From Naegleria gruberi (lineage: Eukaryota), in the NCBI GenBank assembly GCA_000004985.1, contig GG738976.1: 36,632 nt of DNA. The stretch is one strand, 5' to 3'. The position numbers and the translations under genes are program-made. Of this stretch, positions 1 through 8,300 are shown piece by piece. Under the pieces are notes generated by a model. That model saw nothing but the letters and a program-made list of their open reading frames with translations. It ran no database searches and had not been told where the DNA came from. The stretch's first letter is position 1. Each line of letters starts with the position of its first letter.

Positions 1-351
1 TACAACTGGTTCGTTCAAATAATGAACATTATTGTAAACTAATACGAAAGATGAAGAATTGCTTCTTCTCCTTTCGAATATTTCAGACATTTGATCAACA
101 ATTTCACTTCTATAATATAAAAATTCATCATCATCATCAACATTCGAATCCAGTTCATCTTCCTGGTCATTGGAATCATTCGTCTGATTTCGAATAACAA
201 TTTCTCCATCAGAATTCTCCTCTTCCAATGGTTTAAAATTTGACAAGTAGAGAAAAATGTGTTCCAACTCGTTGGTCACTTCATCCTCCGTCGAAATCAA
301 TGTTTTCTGATCAATAATGGAGCTGCTAATTCGTGAGCGAAGATTTGACAT
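1..351 (-). CDS. 5' part of a hypothetical protein with an acidic D/E/S-rich segment. The ORF starts at the ATG at 351-349 and runs off the window start without a stop.
   Basis: I reverse-complemented it by hand. The sequence reads MSNLRSRISSSIIDQKTLISTEDEVTNELEHIFLYLSNFKPLEEENSDGEIVIRNQTNDSNDQEDELDSNVDDDDEFLYYRSEIVDQMSEIFERRRSNSSSFVLVYNNVHYLNEPVV. That is 117 codons, stop-free, and in frame to position 1. The start context cataaaaaaATGtc matches the A-rich context of the other genes here. I recognise no homology. It is absent from the ORF track only because it has no stop within the window. Confidence 0.35.
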   Translation of the reverse strand, partial: MSNLRSRISSSIIDQKTLISTEDEVTNELEHIFLYLSNFKPLEEENSDGEIVIRNQTNDSNDQEDELDSNVDDDDEFLYYRSEIVDQMSEIFERRRSNSSSFVLVYNNVHYLNEPVV

Positions 352-476
352 TTTTTTATGTTTGAAAGTTTTTGATCTTTCTTAATTTAGCAAACGTGAT
401 GTCTAATTCTGAGCGAAGTGAAGAATGGACTTGTTTTCATTGTAAACTTAATAAAATATAAGTTGAGTATTTTTCC

Positions 477-799
477 ATGCTCAAAAAATTATCACAATGG
501 CCCCAACACCAACTACACCAAAGAACAACAAGAAAACGAAAGACCTTAGCTCACCTTCTGCAGATAACTCCCACCCAATTAGTCCCACCCTTATTCAACC
601 TTTTTTACGCTCTCAATGATTCTTGGTAAGTGTTCATTGAAGTGAGGTTTCAGATATCATCAAATGATATCTTTTTTATTTTAATTTCAGTTTAGTTATG
701 CCATCCTATTCGCACCTCCTAATTTTTTTCTTATCTTTACTAATACTATTGATAAGTTTTTTTATAAGAGCCATATTTATTAATCTCGGGACCTGCTAA
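477..799 (+). CDS. Speculative small two-exon gene. Exon 1 is 477-625, the intron is 626-690 (GTAAGT...TTTAATTTCAG), and exon 2 is 691-799. It would encode a peptide of about 85 aa with a basic N-terminus (RTTRKRK) and a hydrophobic C-terminal segment, so it looks tail-anchored. The alternative is a 40-aa ORF from the ATG at 497 to the TGA at 617-619.
   Basis: There is a canonical GTAAGT donor at 626-631 and a TTTCAG acceptor ending at 690. The ATG at 477 frame stays open through the donor with phase 2. It resumes after the acceptor and runs to the TAA at 797-799, which overlaps AATAAA (798-803). The ATG at 497 frame instead hits TGA 7 nt before the donor. There is no homology support. Confidence 0.2.
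775..780 (-). promoter_or_regulatory. Candidate poly(A) signal for the minus-strand NHL gene. It reads TTTATT on plus, which is AATAAA on minus.
   Basis: It is the AATAAA hexamer on the minus strand, about 108 nt downstream of the stop at 890-888. Confidence 0.3.
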
Positions 800-829
800 T
801 AAAGATTTATATCCATTAAAGCAGGTCTC
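788..829. other. Hairpin-forming inverted repeat. The stem is 788-797 paired with 820-829, which is 10 bp including one G.U pair (core gacctgct/agcaggtc). The loop is 22 nt. A second small hairpin lies at 839-853 (tcacc ttaaa ggtga).
   Basis: Direct reading gives gggacctgct ... agcaggtctc. The structure sits in the shared 3' intergenic region between convergent genes. Confidence 0.3.
798..803 (+). promoter_or_regulatory. AATAAA hexamer overlapping the TAA at 797-799. It would be the poly(A) signal for a plus-strand transcript ending here.
   Basis: Sequence ctgcTAATAAAgattt. Confidence 0.25.
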
Positions 830-839
830 AAGGCTGAAT
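799..839 (+). repeat. Copy A of a conserved element of about 41 bp (ataaagatttatatccattaaagcaggtctcaaggctgaat). A second copy lies at 23689-23729.
   Basis: Ungapped hand alignment to 23689-23729 gives 34 of 41 identical bases, about 83%. Both copies lie in plus orientation between tail-to-tail gene pairs. Confidence 0.45.
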
Positions 840-887
840 CACCTTAAAGGTGAAACAGTCCCTGAGCTTTAATACCCATTAGTATAA

Positions 888-1133
888 TTACTTGTTCTCA
901 ATCTTGTTTTTATTAATTTGCAATGTAACATTTCCATAATCACAACAAAGTAGTAACTGTTTCTTTCCATCTCTTTCAACTAGGGCAGCAGAATTTGCTC
1001 CTCCAATGTAGATATCATCATCAGAGGTTTGATTCTGATCAATTATCAACACTGGTTCGATATTATCCAAGCTCTCCTTCTCGTTCAGTTTTTGAACAAT
1101 CTCACTGATGTTCAAAATGCAAGATGTAATTCC
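888..1133 (-). CDS. Distal part of the NHL-repeat reading frame. It is in the same frame as 1134-1430 and is separated from it only by the in-frame TGA at 1136-1134. It is a gene continuation if that stop is an error or is read through. Otherwise it is a pseudo-exon or relic.
   Basis: Translation downstream of the TGA continues GITSCILNISEIVQKLNEKESLDNIEPVLIIDQNQTSDDDIYIGGANSAALVERDGKKQLLLCCDYGNVTLQINKNKIENK, then TAA at 890-888. The IYIGG...VTLQI segment resembles a second NHL or beta-propeller blade. The ORF track's 'M' here is a TTG codon, not an ATG. Confidence 0.3.
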   Translation of the reverse strand, partial: GITSCILNISEIVQKLNEKESLDNIEPVLIIDQNQTSDDDIYIGGANSAALVERDGKKQLLLCCDYGNVTLQINKNKIENK

Positions 1134-1430
1134 TCAGCATTGATCACATTCAAAACATTCAATTCTCTTATTGCTACCATCAGAAATAACCAACACCCCA
1201 TTCTTATCATCAAAGGCAACACCACAAGGATAGACAGGATTATAGAGAAGACCATGCAACTTGATCGATTTGATTAATTGAAACTTTCCAGAATATCCCT
1301 TACATGATCTATTCATCTTTTCCGATAATTTCTCATACAACCAATCTTTCCCATCACCTCGATGAACACCTTTCTTATTATCATTTTGATCATCTAAGTG
1401 GATTACAACTTGTTCATCGTGGTTGCTCAT
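1134..1430 (-). CDS. NHL-repeat-containing small protein, 98 aa to the TGA. The start ATG is at 1430-1428.
   Basis: The segment YNPVYPCGVAFDDKNGVLVISDGSNKRIECFE fits the NHL repeat consensus (hydrophobic-P-x-G-V-A-x-D-x-x-G-x-(4)-V-x-D-x-x-N-x-R-I-x-x-F). The start context is ttcagaaaaaATGag. The stop is TGA at 1136-1134. Confidence 0.5.
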   Translation of the reverse strand: MSNHDEQVVIHLDDQNDNKKGVHRGDGKDWLYEKLSEKMNRSCKGYSGKFQLIKSIKLHGLLYNPVYPCGVAFDDKNGVLVISDGSNKRIECFECDQC

Positions 1431-1648
1431 TTTTTCTGAATTGTTAGGATTGAATTAAATGGAAATCTTAATAACAGTTAAAACTGATTTTTTTTTGAGT
1501 GTTACTTGAATGTTGAGATTTTATTATGATTGTAATTGAAATATAAGGTTTACAATAGGTCAAGGAGTAATATGATTTAATATTTTTGTAAAGGTATTAA
1601 ACTCGACTATTTGCTGGAAGTGATAATACTTGGTGCAATATTAAAAAA

Positions 1649-2372
1649 ATGCCTCCAACCAATATTCGAACTCTTTCATCCAACAATAATTCATCACCGT
1701 CTTCGGATACACAAAAATCATTTCCCGCCACAGGTGGAAGAACACTCAGAGTTTCATCCTCATCTACTAATGAAGATAATAGTACTGATAGAATTGGAGC
1801 ATCTTCTTCATCATCAACAGATGTAAAAAAGGCACCTTTGAATAATAATAATAATAATATAATTATTAAACGTGATGATGGTATGGAAAATATTCCGAGA
1901 GAATTTACTCCACAAAAGTTTATACCACCTCCAAGATTTGATACAAACAAAACTCGGAGTAATCCATCTTCATCATCAAGTAATAATTCTTCTAATAGAC
2001 AACATGTTTGTTCGTCGTTATGTTCTTGTCCAAAAACAAGTTCTAGTAATGGAAAGAAGAATTCATGTGATACACCAATTTTCAATCAACAAACAGTGAA
2101 TAGTTTTAGTGATGCAATTATATTGGCAGAATTGAATTCACCAACACCTGATGTTCATGTGTTATTTACTCATTTTGATGGCAAGTATTTCAGAAATAAG
2201 TTGTCAACGTGCACAACTTTGAGATGGAGTTCTAAAATGACACTTTGTGCTGGAATTTGTTATAGTCAATATCAGAAATATACCATAACAAAAACATTTG
2301 GACCTAGAGTGTCTTCGAGTGGATATTATGATCCTAATGATATACTGAAAAAACAAGAGCAAGTCACTCAGA
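1649..2372 (+). CDS. SPRTN: SprT-like zinc metalloprotease of the Spartan/SPRTN type, a DNA-protein crosslink repair protease. This is the N-terminal part: about 150 aa of Ser/Asn-rich low complexity followed by the start of the SprT domain. It is truncated by the N block at 2373.
   Basis: PDVHVLFTHFDGKYFRNKL...TTLRWSSKMTLCAGICY matches the SprT/Spartan N-terminal domain motifs. Human SPRTN has PDLQALFVQFNDQFF...VEVKWSVRMTLCAGIC at the same place. The HExxH motif would lie in the gap. The start context is ttaaaaaaATGcc. Confidence 0.65.
1841..1858 (+). repeat. (AAT)6 coding microsatellite, which encodes a poly-Asn run (NNNNNN) inside the SprT gene's N-terminal extension.
   Basis: Sequence aataataataataataat. 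Confidence 0.6.
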
Positions 2373-5300
2373 NNNNNNNNNNNNNNNNNNNNNNNNNNNN
2401 NNNNNNNNNNNNNNNNNNNNNNNNNNNNNNNNNNNNNNNNNNNNNNNNNNNNNNNNNNNNNNNNNNNNNNNNNNNNNNNNNNNNNNNNNNNNNNNNNNNN
2501 NNNNNNNNNNNNNNNNNNNNNNNNNNNNNNNNNNNNNNNNNNNNNNNNNNNNNNNNNNNNNNNNNNNNNNNNNNNNNNNNNNNNNNNNNNNNNNNNNNNN
2601 NNNNNNNNNNNNNNNNNNNNNNNNNNNNNNNNNNNNNNNNNNNNNNNNNNNNNNNNNNNNNNNNNNNNNNNNNNNNNNNNNNNNNNNNNNNNNNNNNNNN
2701 NNNNNNNNNNNNNNNNNNNNNNNNNNNNNNNNNNNNNNNNNNNNNNNNNNNNNNNNNNNNNNNNNNNNNNNNNNNNNNNNNNNNNNNNNNNNNNNNNNNN
2801 NNNNNNNNNNNNNNNNNNNNNNNNNNNNNNNNNNNNNNNNNNNNNNNNNNNNNNNNNNNNNNNNNNNNNNNNNNNNNNNNNNNNNNNNNNNNNNNNNNNN
2901 NNNNNNNNNNNNNNNNNNNNNNNNNNNNNNNNNNNNNNNNNNNNNNNNNNNNNNNNNNNNNNNNNNNNNNNNNNNNNNNNNNNNNNNNNNNNNNNNNNNN
3001 NNNNNNNNNNNNNNNNNNNNNNNNNNNNNNNNNNNNNNNNNNNNNNNNNNNNNNNNNNNNNNNNNNNNNNNNNNNNNNNNNNNNNNNNNNNNNNNNNNNN
3101 NNNNNNNNNNNNNNNNNNNNNNNNNNNNNNNNNNNNNNNNNNNNNNNNNNNNNNNNNNNNNNNNNNNNNNNNNNNNNNNNNNNNNNNNNNNNNNNNNNNN
3201 NNNNNNNNNNNNNNNNNNNNNNNNNNNNNNNNNNNNNNNNNNNNNNNNNNNNNNNNNNNNNNNNNNNNNNNNNNNNNNNNNNNNNNNNNNNNNNNNNNNN
3301 NNNNNNNNNNNNNNNNNNNNNNNNNNNNNNNNNNNNNNNNNNNNNNNNNNNNNNNNNNNNNNNNNNNNNNNNNNNNNNNNNNNNNNNNNNNNNNNNNNNN
3401 NNNNNNNNNNNNNNNNNNNNNNNNNNNNNNNNNNNNNNNNNNNNNNNNNNNNNNNNNNNNNNNNNNNNNNNNNNNNNNNNNNNNNNNNNNNNNNNNNNNN
3501 NNNNNNNNNNNNNNNNNNNNNNNNNNNNNNNNNNNNNNNNNNNNNNNNNNNNNNNNNNNNNNNNNNNNNNNNNNNNNNNNNNNNNNNNNNNNNNNNNNNN
3601 NNNNNNNNNNNNNNNNNNNNNNNNNNNNNNNNNNNNNNNNNNNNNNNNNNNNNNNNNNNNNNNNNNNNNNNNNNNNNNNNNNNNNNNNNNNNNNNNNNNN
3701 NNNNNNNNNNNNNNNNNNNNNNNNNNNNNNNNNNNNNNNNNNNNNNNNNNNNNNNNNNNNNNNNNNNNNNNNNNNNNNNNNNNNNNNNNNNNNNNNNNNN
3801 NNNNNNNNNNNNNNNNNNNNNNNNNNNNNNNNNNNNNNNNNNNNNNNNNNNNNNNNNNNNNNNNNNNNNNNNNNNNNNNNNNNNNNNNNNNNNNNNNNNN
3901 NNNNNNNNNNNNNNNNNNNNNNNNNNNNNNNNNNNNNNNNNNNNNNNNNNNNNNNNNNNNNNNNNNNNNNNNNNNNNNNNNNNNNNNNNNNNNNNNNNNN
4001 NNNNNNNNNNNNNNNNNNNNNNNNNNNNNNNNNNNNNNNNNNNNNNNNNNNNNNNNNNNNNNNNNNNNNNNNNNNNNNNNNNNNNNNNNNNNNNNNNNNN
4101 NNNNNNNNNNNNNNNNNNNNNNNNNNNNNNNNNNNNNNNNNNNNNNNNNNNNNNNNNNNNNNNNNNNNNNNNNNNNNNNNNNNNNNNNNNNNNNNNNNNN
4201 NNNNNNNNNNNNNNNNNNNNNNNNNNNNNNNNNNNNNNNNNNNNNNNNNNNNNNNNNNNNNNNNNNNNNNNNNNNNNNNNNNNNNNNNNNNNNNNNNNNN
4301 NNNNNNNNNNNNNNNNNNNNNNNNNNNNNNNNNNNNNNNNNNNNNNNNNNNNNNNNNNNNNNNNNNNNNNNNNNNNNNNNNNNNNNNNNNNNNNNNNNNN
4401 NNNNNNNNNNNNNNNNNNNNNNNNNNNNNNNNNNNNNNNNNNNNNNNNNNNNNNNNNNNNNNNNNNNNNNNNNNNNNNNNNNNNNNNNNNNNNNNNNNNN
4501 NNNNNNNNNNNNNNNNNNNNNNNNNNNNNNNNNNNNNNNNNNNNNNNNNNNNNNNNNNNNNNNNNNNNNNNNNNNNNNNNNNNNNNNNNNNNNNNNNNNN
4601 NNNNNNNNNNNNNNNNNNNNNNNNNNNNNNNNNNNNNNNNNNNNNNNNNNNNNNNNNNNNNNNNNNNNNNNNNNNNNNNNNNNNNNNNNNNNNNNNNNNN
4701 NNNNNNNNNNNNNNNNNNNNNNNNNNNNNNNNNNNNNNNNNNNNNNNNNNNNNNNNNNNNNNNNNNNNNNNNNNNNNNNNNNNNNNNNNNNNNNNNNNNN
4801 NNNNNNNNNNNNNNNNNNNNNNNNNNNNNNNNNNNNNNNNNNNNNNNNNNNNNNNNNNNNNNNNNNNNNNNNNNNNNNNNNNNNNNNNNNNNNNNNNNNN
4901 NNNNNNNNNNNNNNNNNNNNNNNNNNNNNNNNNNNNNNNNNNNNNNNNNNNNNNNNNNNNNNNNNNNNNNNNNNNNNNNNNNNNNNNNNNNNNNNNNNNN
5001 NNNNNNNNNNNNNNNNNNNNNNNNNNNNNNNNNNNNNNNNNNNNNNNNNNNNNNNNNNNNNNNNNNNNNNNNNNNNNNNNNNNNNNNNNNNNNNNNNNNN
5101 NNNNNNNNNNNNNNNNNNNNNNNNNNNNNNNNNNNNNNNNNNNNNNNNNNNNNNNNNNNNNNNNNNNNNNNNNNNNNNNNNNNNNNNNNNNNNNNNNNNN
5201 NNNNNNNNNNNNNNNNNNNNNNNNNNNNNNNNNNNNNNNNNNNNNNNNNNNNNNNNNNNNNNNNNNNNNNNNNNNNNNNNNNNNNNNNNNNNNNNNNNNN

Positions 5301-8300
5301 NNNNNNNNNNNNNNNNNNNNNNNNNNNNNNNNNNNNNNNNNNNNNNNNNNNNNNNNNNNNNNNNNNNNNNNNNNNNNNNNNNNNNNNNNNNNNNNNNNNN
5401 NNNNNNNNNNNNNNNNNNNNNNNNNNNNNNNNNNNNNNNNNNNNNNNNNNNNNNNNNNNNNNNNNNNNNNNNNNNNNNNNNNNNNNNNNNNNNNNNNNNN
5501 NNNNNNNNNNNNNNNNNNNNNNNNNNNNNNNNNNNNNNNNNNNNNNNNNNNNNNNNNNNNNNNNNNNNNNNNNNNNNNNNNNNNNNNNNNNNNNNNNNNN
5601 NNNNNNNNNNNNNNNNNNNNNNNNNNNNNNNNNNNNNNNNNNNNNNNNNNNNNNNNNNNNNNNNNNNNNNNNNNNNNNNNNNNNNNNNNNNNNNNNNNNN
5701 NNNNNNNNNNNNNNNNNNNNNNNNNNNNNNNNNNNNNNNNNNNNNNNNNNNNNNNNNNNNNNNNNNNNNNNNNNNNNNNNNNNNNNNNNNNNNNNNNNNN
5801 NNNNNNNNNNNNNNNNNNNNNNNNNNNNNNNNNNNNNNNNNNNNNNNNNNNNNNNNNNNNNNNNNNNNNNNNNNNNNNNNNNNNNNNNNNNNNNNNNNNN
5901 NNNNNNNNNNNNNNNNNNNNNNNNNNNNNNNNNNNNNNNNNNNNNNNNNNNNNNNNNNNNNNNNNNNNNNNNNNNNNNNNNNNNNNNNNNNNNNNNNNNN
6001 NNNNNNNNNNNNNNNNNNNNNNNNNNNNNNNNNNNNNNNNNNNNNNNNNNNNNNNNNNNNNNNNNNNNNNNNNNNNNNNNNNNNNNNNNNNNNNNNNNNN
6101 NNNNNNNNNNNNNNNNNNNNNNNNNNNNNNNNNNNNNNNNNNNNNNNNNNNNNNNNNNNNNNNNNNNNNNNNNNNNNNNNNNNNNNNNNNNNNNNNNNNN
6201 NNNNNNNNNNNNNNNNNNNNNNNNNNNNNNNNNNNNNNNNNNNNNNNNNNNNNNNNNNNNNNNNNNNNNNNNNNNNNNNNNNNNNNNNNNNNNNNNNNNN
6301 NNNNNNNNNNNNNNNNNNNNNNNNNNNNNNNNNNNNNNNNNNNNNNNNNNNNNNNNNNNNNNNNNNNNNNNNNNNNNNNNNNNNNNNNNNNNNNNNNNNN
6401 NNNNNNNNNNNNNNNNNNNNNNNNNNNNNNNNNNNNNNNNNNNNNNNNNNNNNNNNNNNNNNNNNNNNNNNNNNNNNNNNNNNNNNNNNNNNNNNNNNNN
6501 NNNNNNNNNNNNNNNNNNNNNNNNNNNNNNNNNNNNNNNNNNNNNNNNNNNNNNNNNNNNNNNNNNNNNNNNNNNNNNNNNNNNNNNNNNNNNNNNNNNN
6601 NNNNNNNNNNNNNNNNNNNNNNNNNNNNNNNNNNNNNNNNNNNNNNNNNNNNNNNNNNNNNNNNNNNNNNNNNNNNNNNNNNNNNNNNNNNNNNNNNNNN
6701 NNNNNNNNNNNNNNNNNNNNNNNNNNNNNNNNNNNNNNNNNNNNNNNNNNNNNNNNNNNNNNNNNNNNNNNNNNNNNNNNNNNNNNNNNNNNNNNNNNNN
6801 NNNNNNNNNNNNNNNNNNNNNNNNNNNNNNNNNNNNNNNNNNNNNNNNNNNNNNNNNNNNNNNNNNNNNNNNNNNNNNNNNNNNNNNNNNNNNNNNNNNN
6901 NNNNNNNNNNNNNNNNNNNNNNNNNNNNNNNNNNNNNNNNNNNNNNNNNNNNNNNNNNNNNNNNNNNNNNNNNNNNNNNNNNNNNNNNNNNNNNNNNNNN
7001 NNNNNNNNNNNNNNNNNNNNNNNNNNNNNNNNNNNNNNNNNNNNNNNNNNNNNNNNNNNNNNNNNNNNNNNNNNNNNNNNNNNNNNNNNNNNNNNNNNNN
7101 NNNNNNNNNNNNNNNNNNNNNNNNNNNNNNNNNNNNNNNNNNNNNNNNNNNNNNNNNNNNNNNNNNNNNNNNNNNNNNNNNNNNNNNNNNNNNNNNNNNN
7201 NNNNNNNNNNNNNNNNNNNNNNNNNNNNNNNNNNNNNNNNNNNNNNNNNNNNNNNNNNNNNNNNNNNNNNNNNNNNNNNNNNNNNNNNNNNNNNNNNNNN
7301 NNNNNNNNNNNNNNNNNNNNNNNNNNNNNNNNNNNNNNNNNNNNNNNNNNNNNNNNNNNNNNNNNNNNNNNNNNNNNNNNNNNNNNNNNNNNNNNNNNNN
7401 NNNNNNNNNNNNNNNNNNNNNNNNNNNNNNNNNNNNNNNNNNNNNNNNNNNNNNNNNNNNNNNNNNNNNNNNNNNNNNNNNNNNNNNNNNNNNNNNNNNN
7501 NNNNNNNNNNNNNNNNNNNNNNNNNNNNNNNNNNNNNNNNNNNNNNNNNNNNNNNNNNNNNNNNNNNNNNNNNNNNNNNNNNNNNNNNNNNNNNNNNNNN
7601 NNNNNNNNNNNNNNNNNNNNNNNNNNNNNNNNNNNNNNNNNNNNNNNNNNNNNNNNNNNNNNNNNNNNNNNNNNNNNNNNNNNNNNNNNNNNNNNNNNNN
7701 NNNNNNNNNNNNNNNNNNNNNNNNNNNNNNNNNNNNNNNNNNNNNNNNNNNNNNNNNNNNNNNNNNNNNNNNNNNNNNNNNNNNNNNNNNNNNNNNNNNN
7801 NNNNNNNNNNNNNNNNNNNNNNNNNNNNNNNNNNNNNNNNNNNNNNNNNNNNNNNNNNNNNNNNNNNNNNNNNNNNNNNNNNNNNNNNNNNNNNNNNNNN
7901 NNNNNNNNNNNNNNNNNNNNNNNNNNNNNNNNNNNNNNNNNNNNNNNNNNNNNNNNNNNNNNNNNNNNNNNNNNNNNNNNNNNNNNNNNNNNNNNNNNNN
8001 NNNNNNNNNNNNNNNNNNNNNNNNNNNNNNNNNNNNNNNNNNNNNNNNNNNNNNNNNNNNNNNNNNNNNNNNNNNNNNNNNNNNNNNNNNNNNNNNNNNN
8101 NNNNNNNNNNNNNNNNNNNNNNNNNNNNNNNNNNNNNNNNNNNNNNNNNNNNNNNNNNNNNNNNNNNNNNNNNNNNNNNNNNNNNNNNNNNNNNNNNNNN
8201 NNNNNNNNNNNNNNNNNNNNNNNNNNNNNNNNNNNNNNNNNNNNNNNNNNNNNNNNNNNNNNNNNNNNNNNNNNNNNNNNNNNNNNNNNNNNNNNNNNNN

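Noticed and set aside
328-428. Direct repeat taattc(g)tgagcgaag at 328-340 and 404-419 around the 351 start codon.
   Set aside because: Only about 13-15 bp are shared. One copy is inside the coding sequence and the other in the promoter. This is too short to distinguish from chance, though it could be noted if a genome-wide motif search is done.
626-653. Alternative tiny intron from GTAAGT at 626 to the first TTTCAG at 648-653.
   Set aside because: At 28 nt it is below the plausible minimum intron length. The TTTAATTTCAG acceptor at 690 gives a 65-nt intron consistent with the other introns here.
1134-1136. Selenocysteine (UGA-Sec) or genetic-code reassignment as the explanation for the in-frame TGA.
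   Set aside because: NHL-repeat proteins are not a known selenoprotein family, and the local context is CDQC-TGA-GIT rather than a redox CxxU motif. TGA functions as a normal terminator for the gene ending at 23835. No SECIS-like structure is evident by eye. I keep it only as a remote possibility under the finding.
1597-2099. Antisense or alternative-frame ORFs overlapping the SprT gene (1597-2085 minus, 1611-1826 plus, 1872-2099 plus). Similar ones lie at 1029-1277, 23479-23673, 29221-29517, 29712-29900, 30400-30660, 30711-30947 and 36029-36238.
   Set aside because: They are low-complexity or hydrophobic translations (LLLLL, HHQ runs) of the opposite strand or an off-frame of well-supported genes. 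They show no domain signatures and are shorter than the partner gene. They are by-products of AT-rich sequence.
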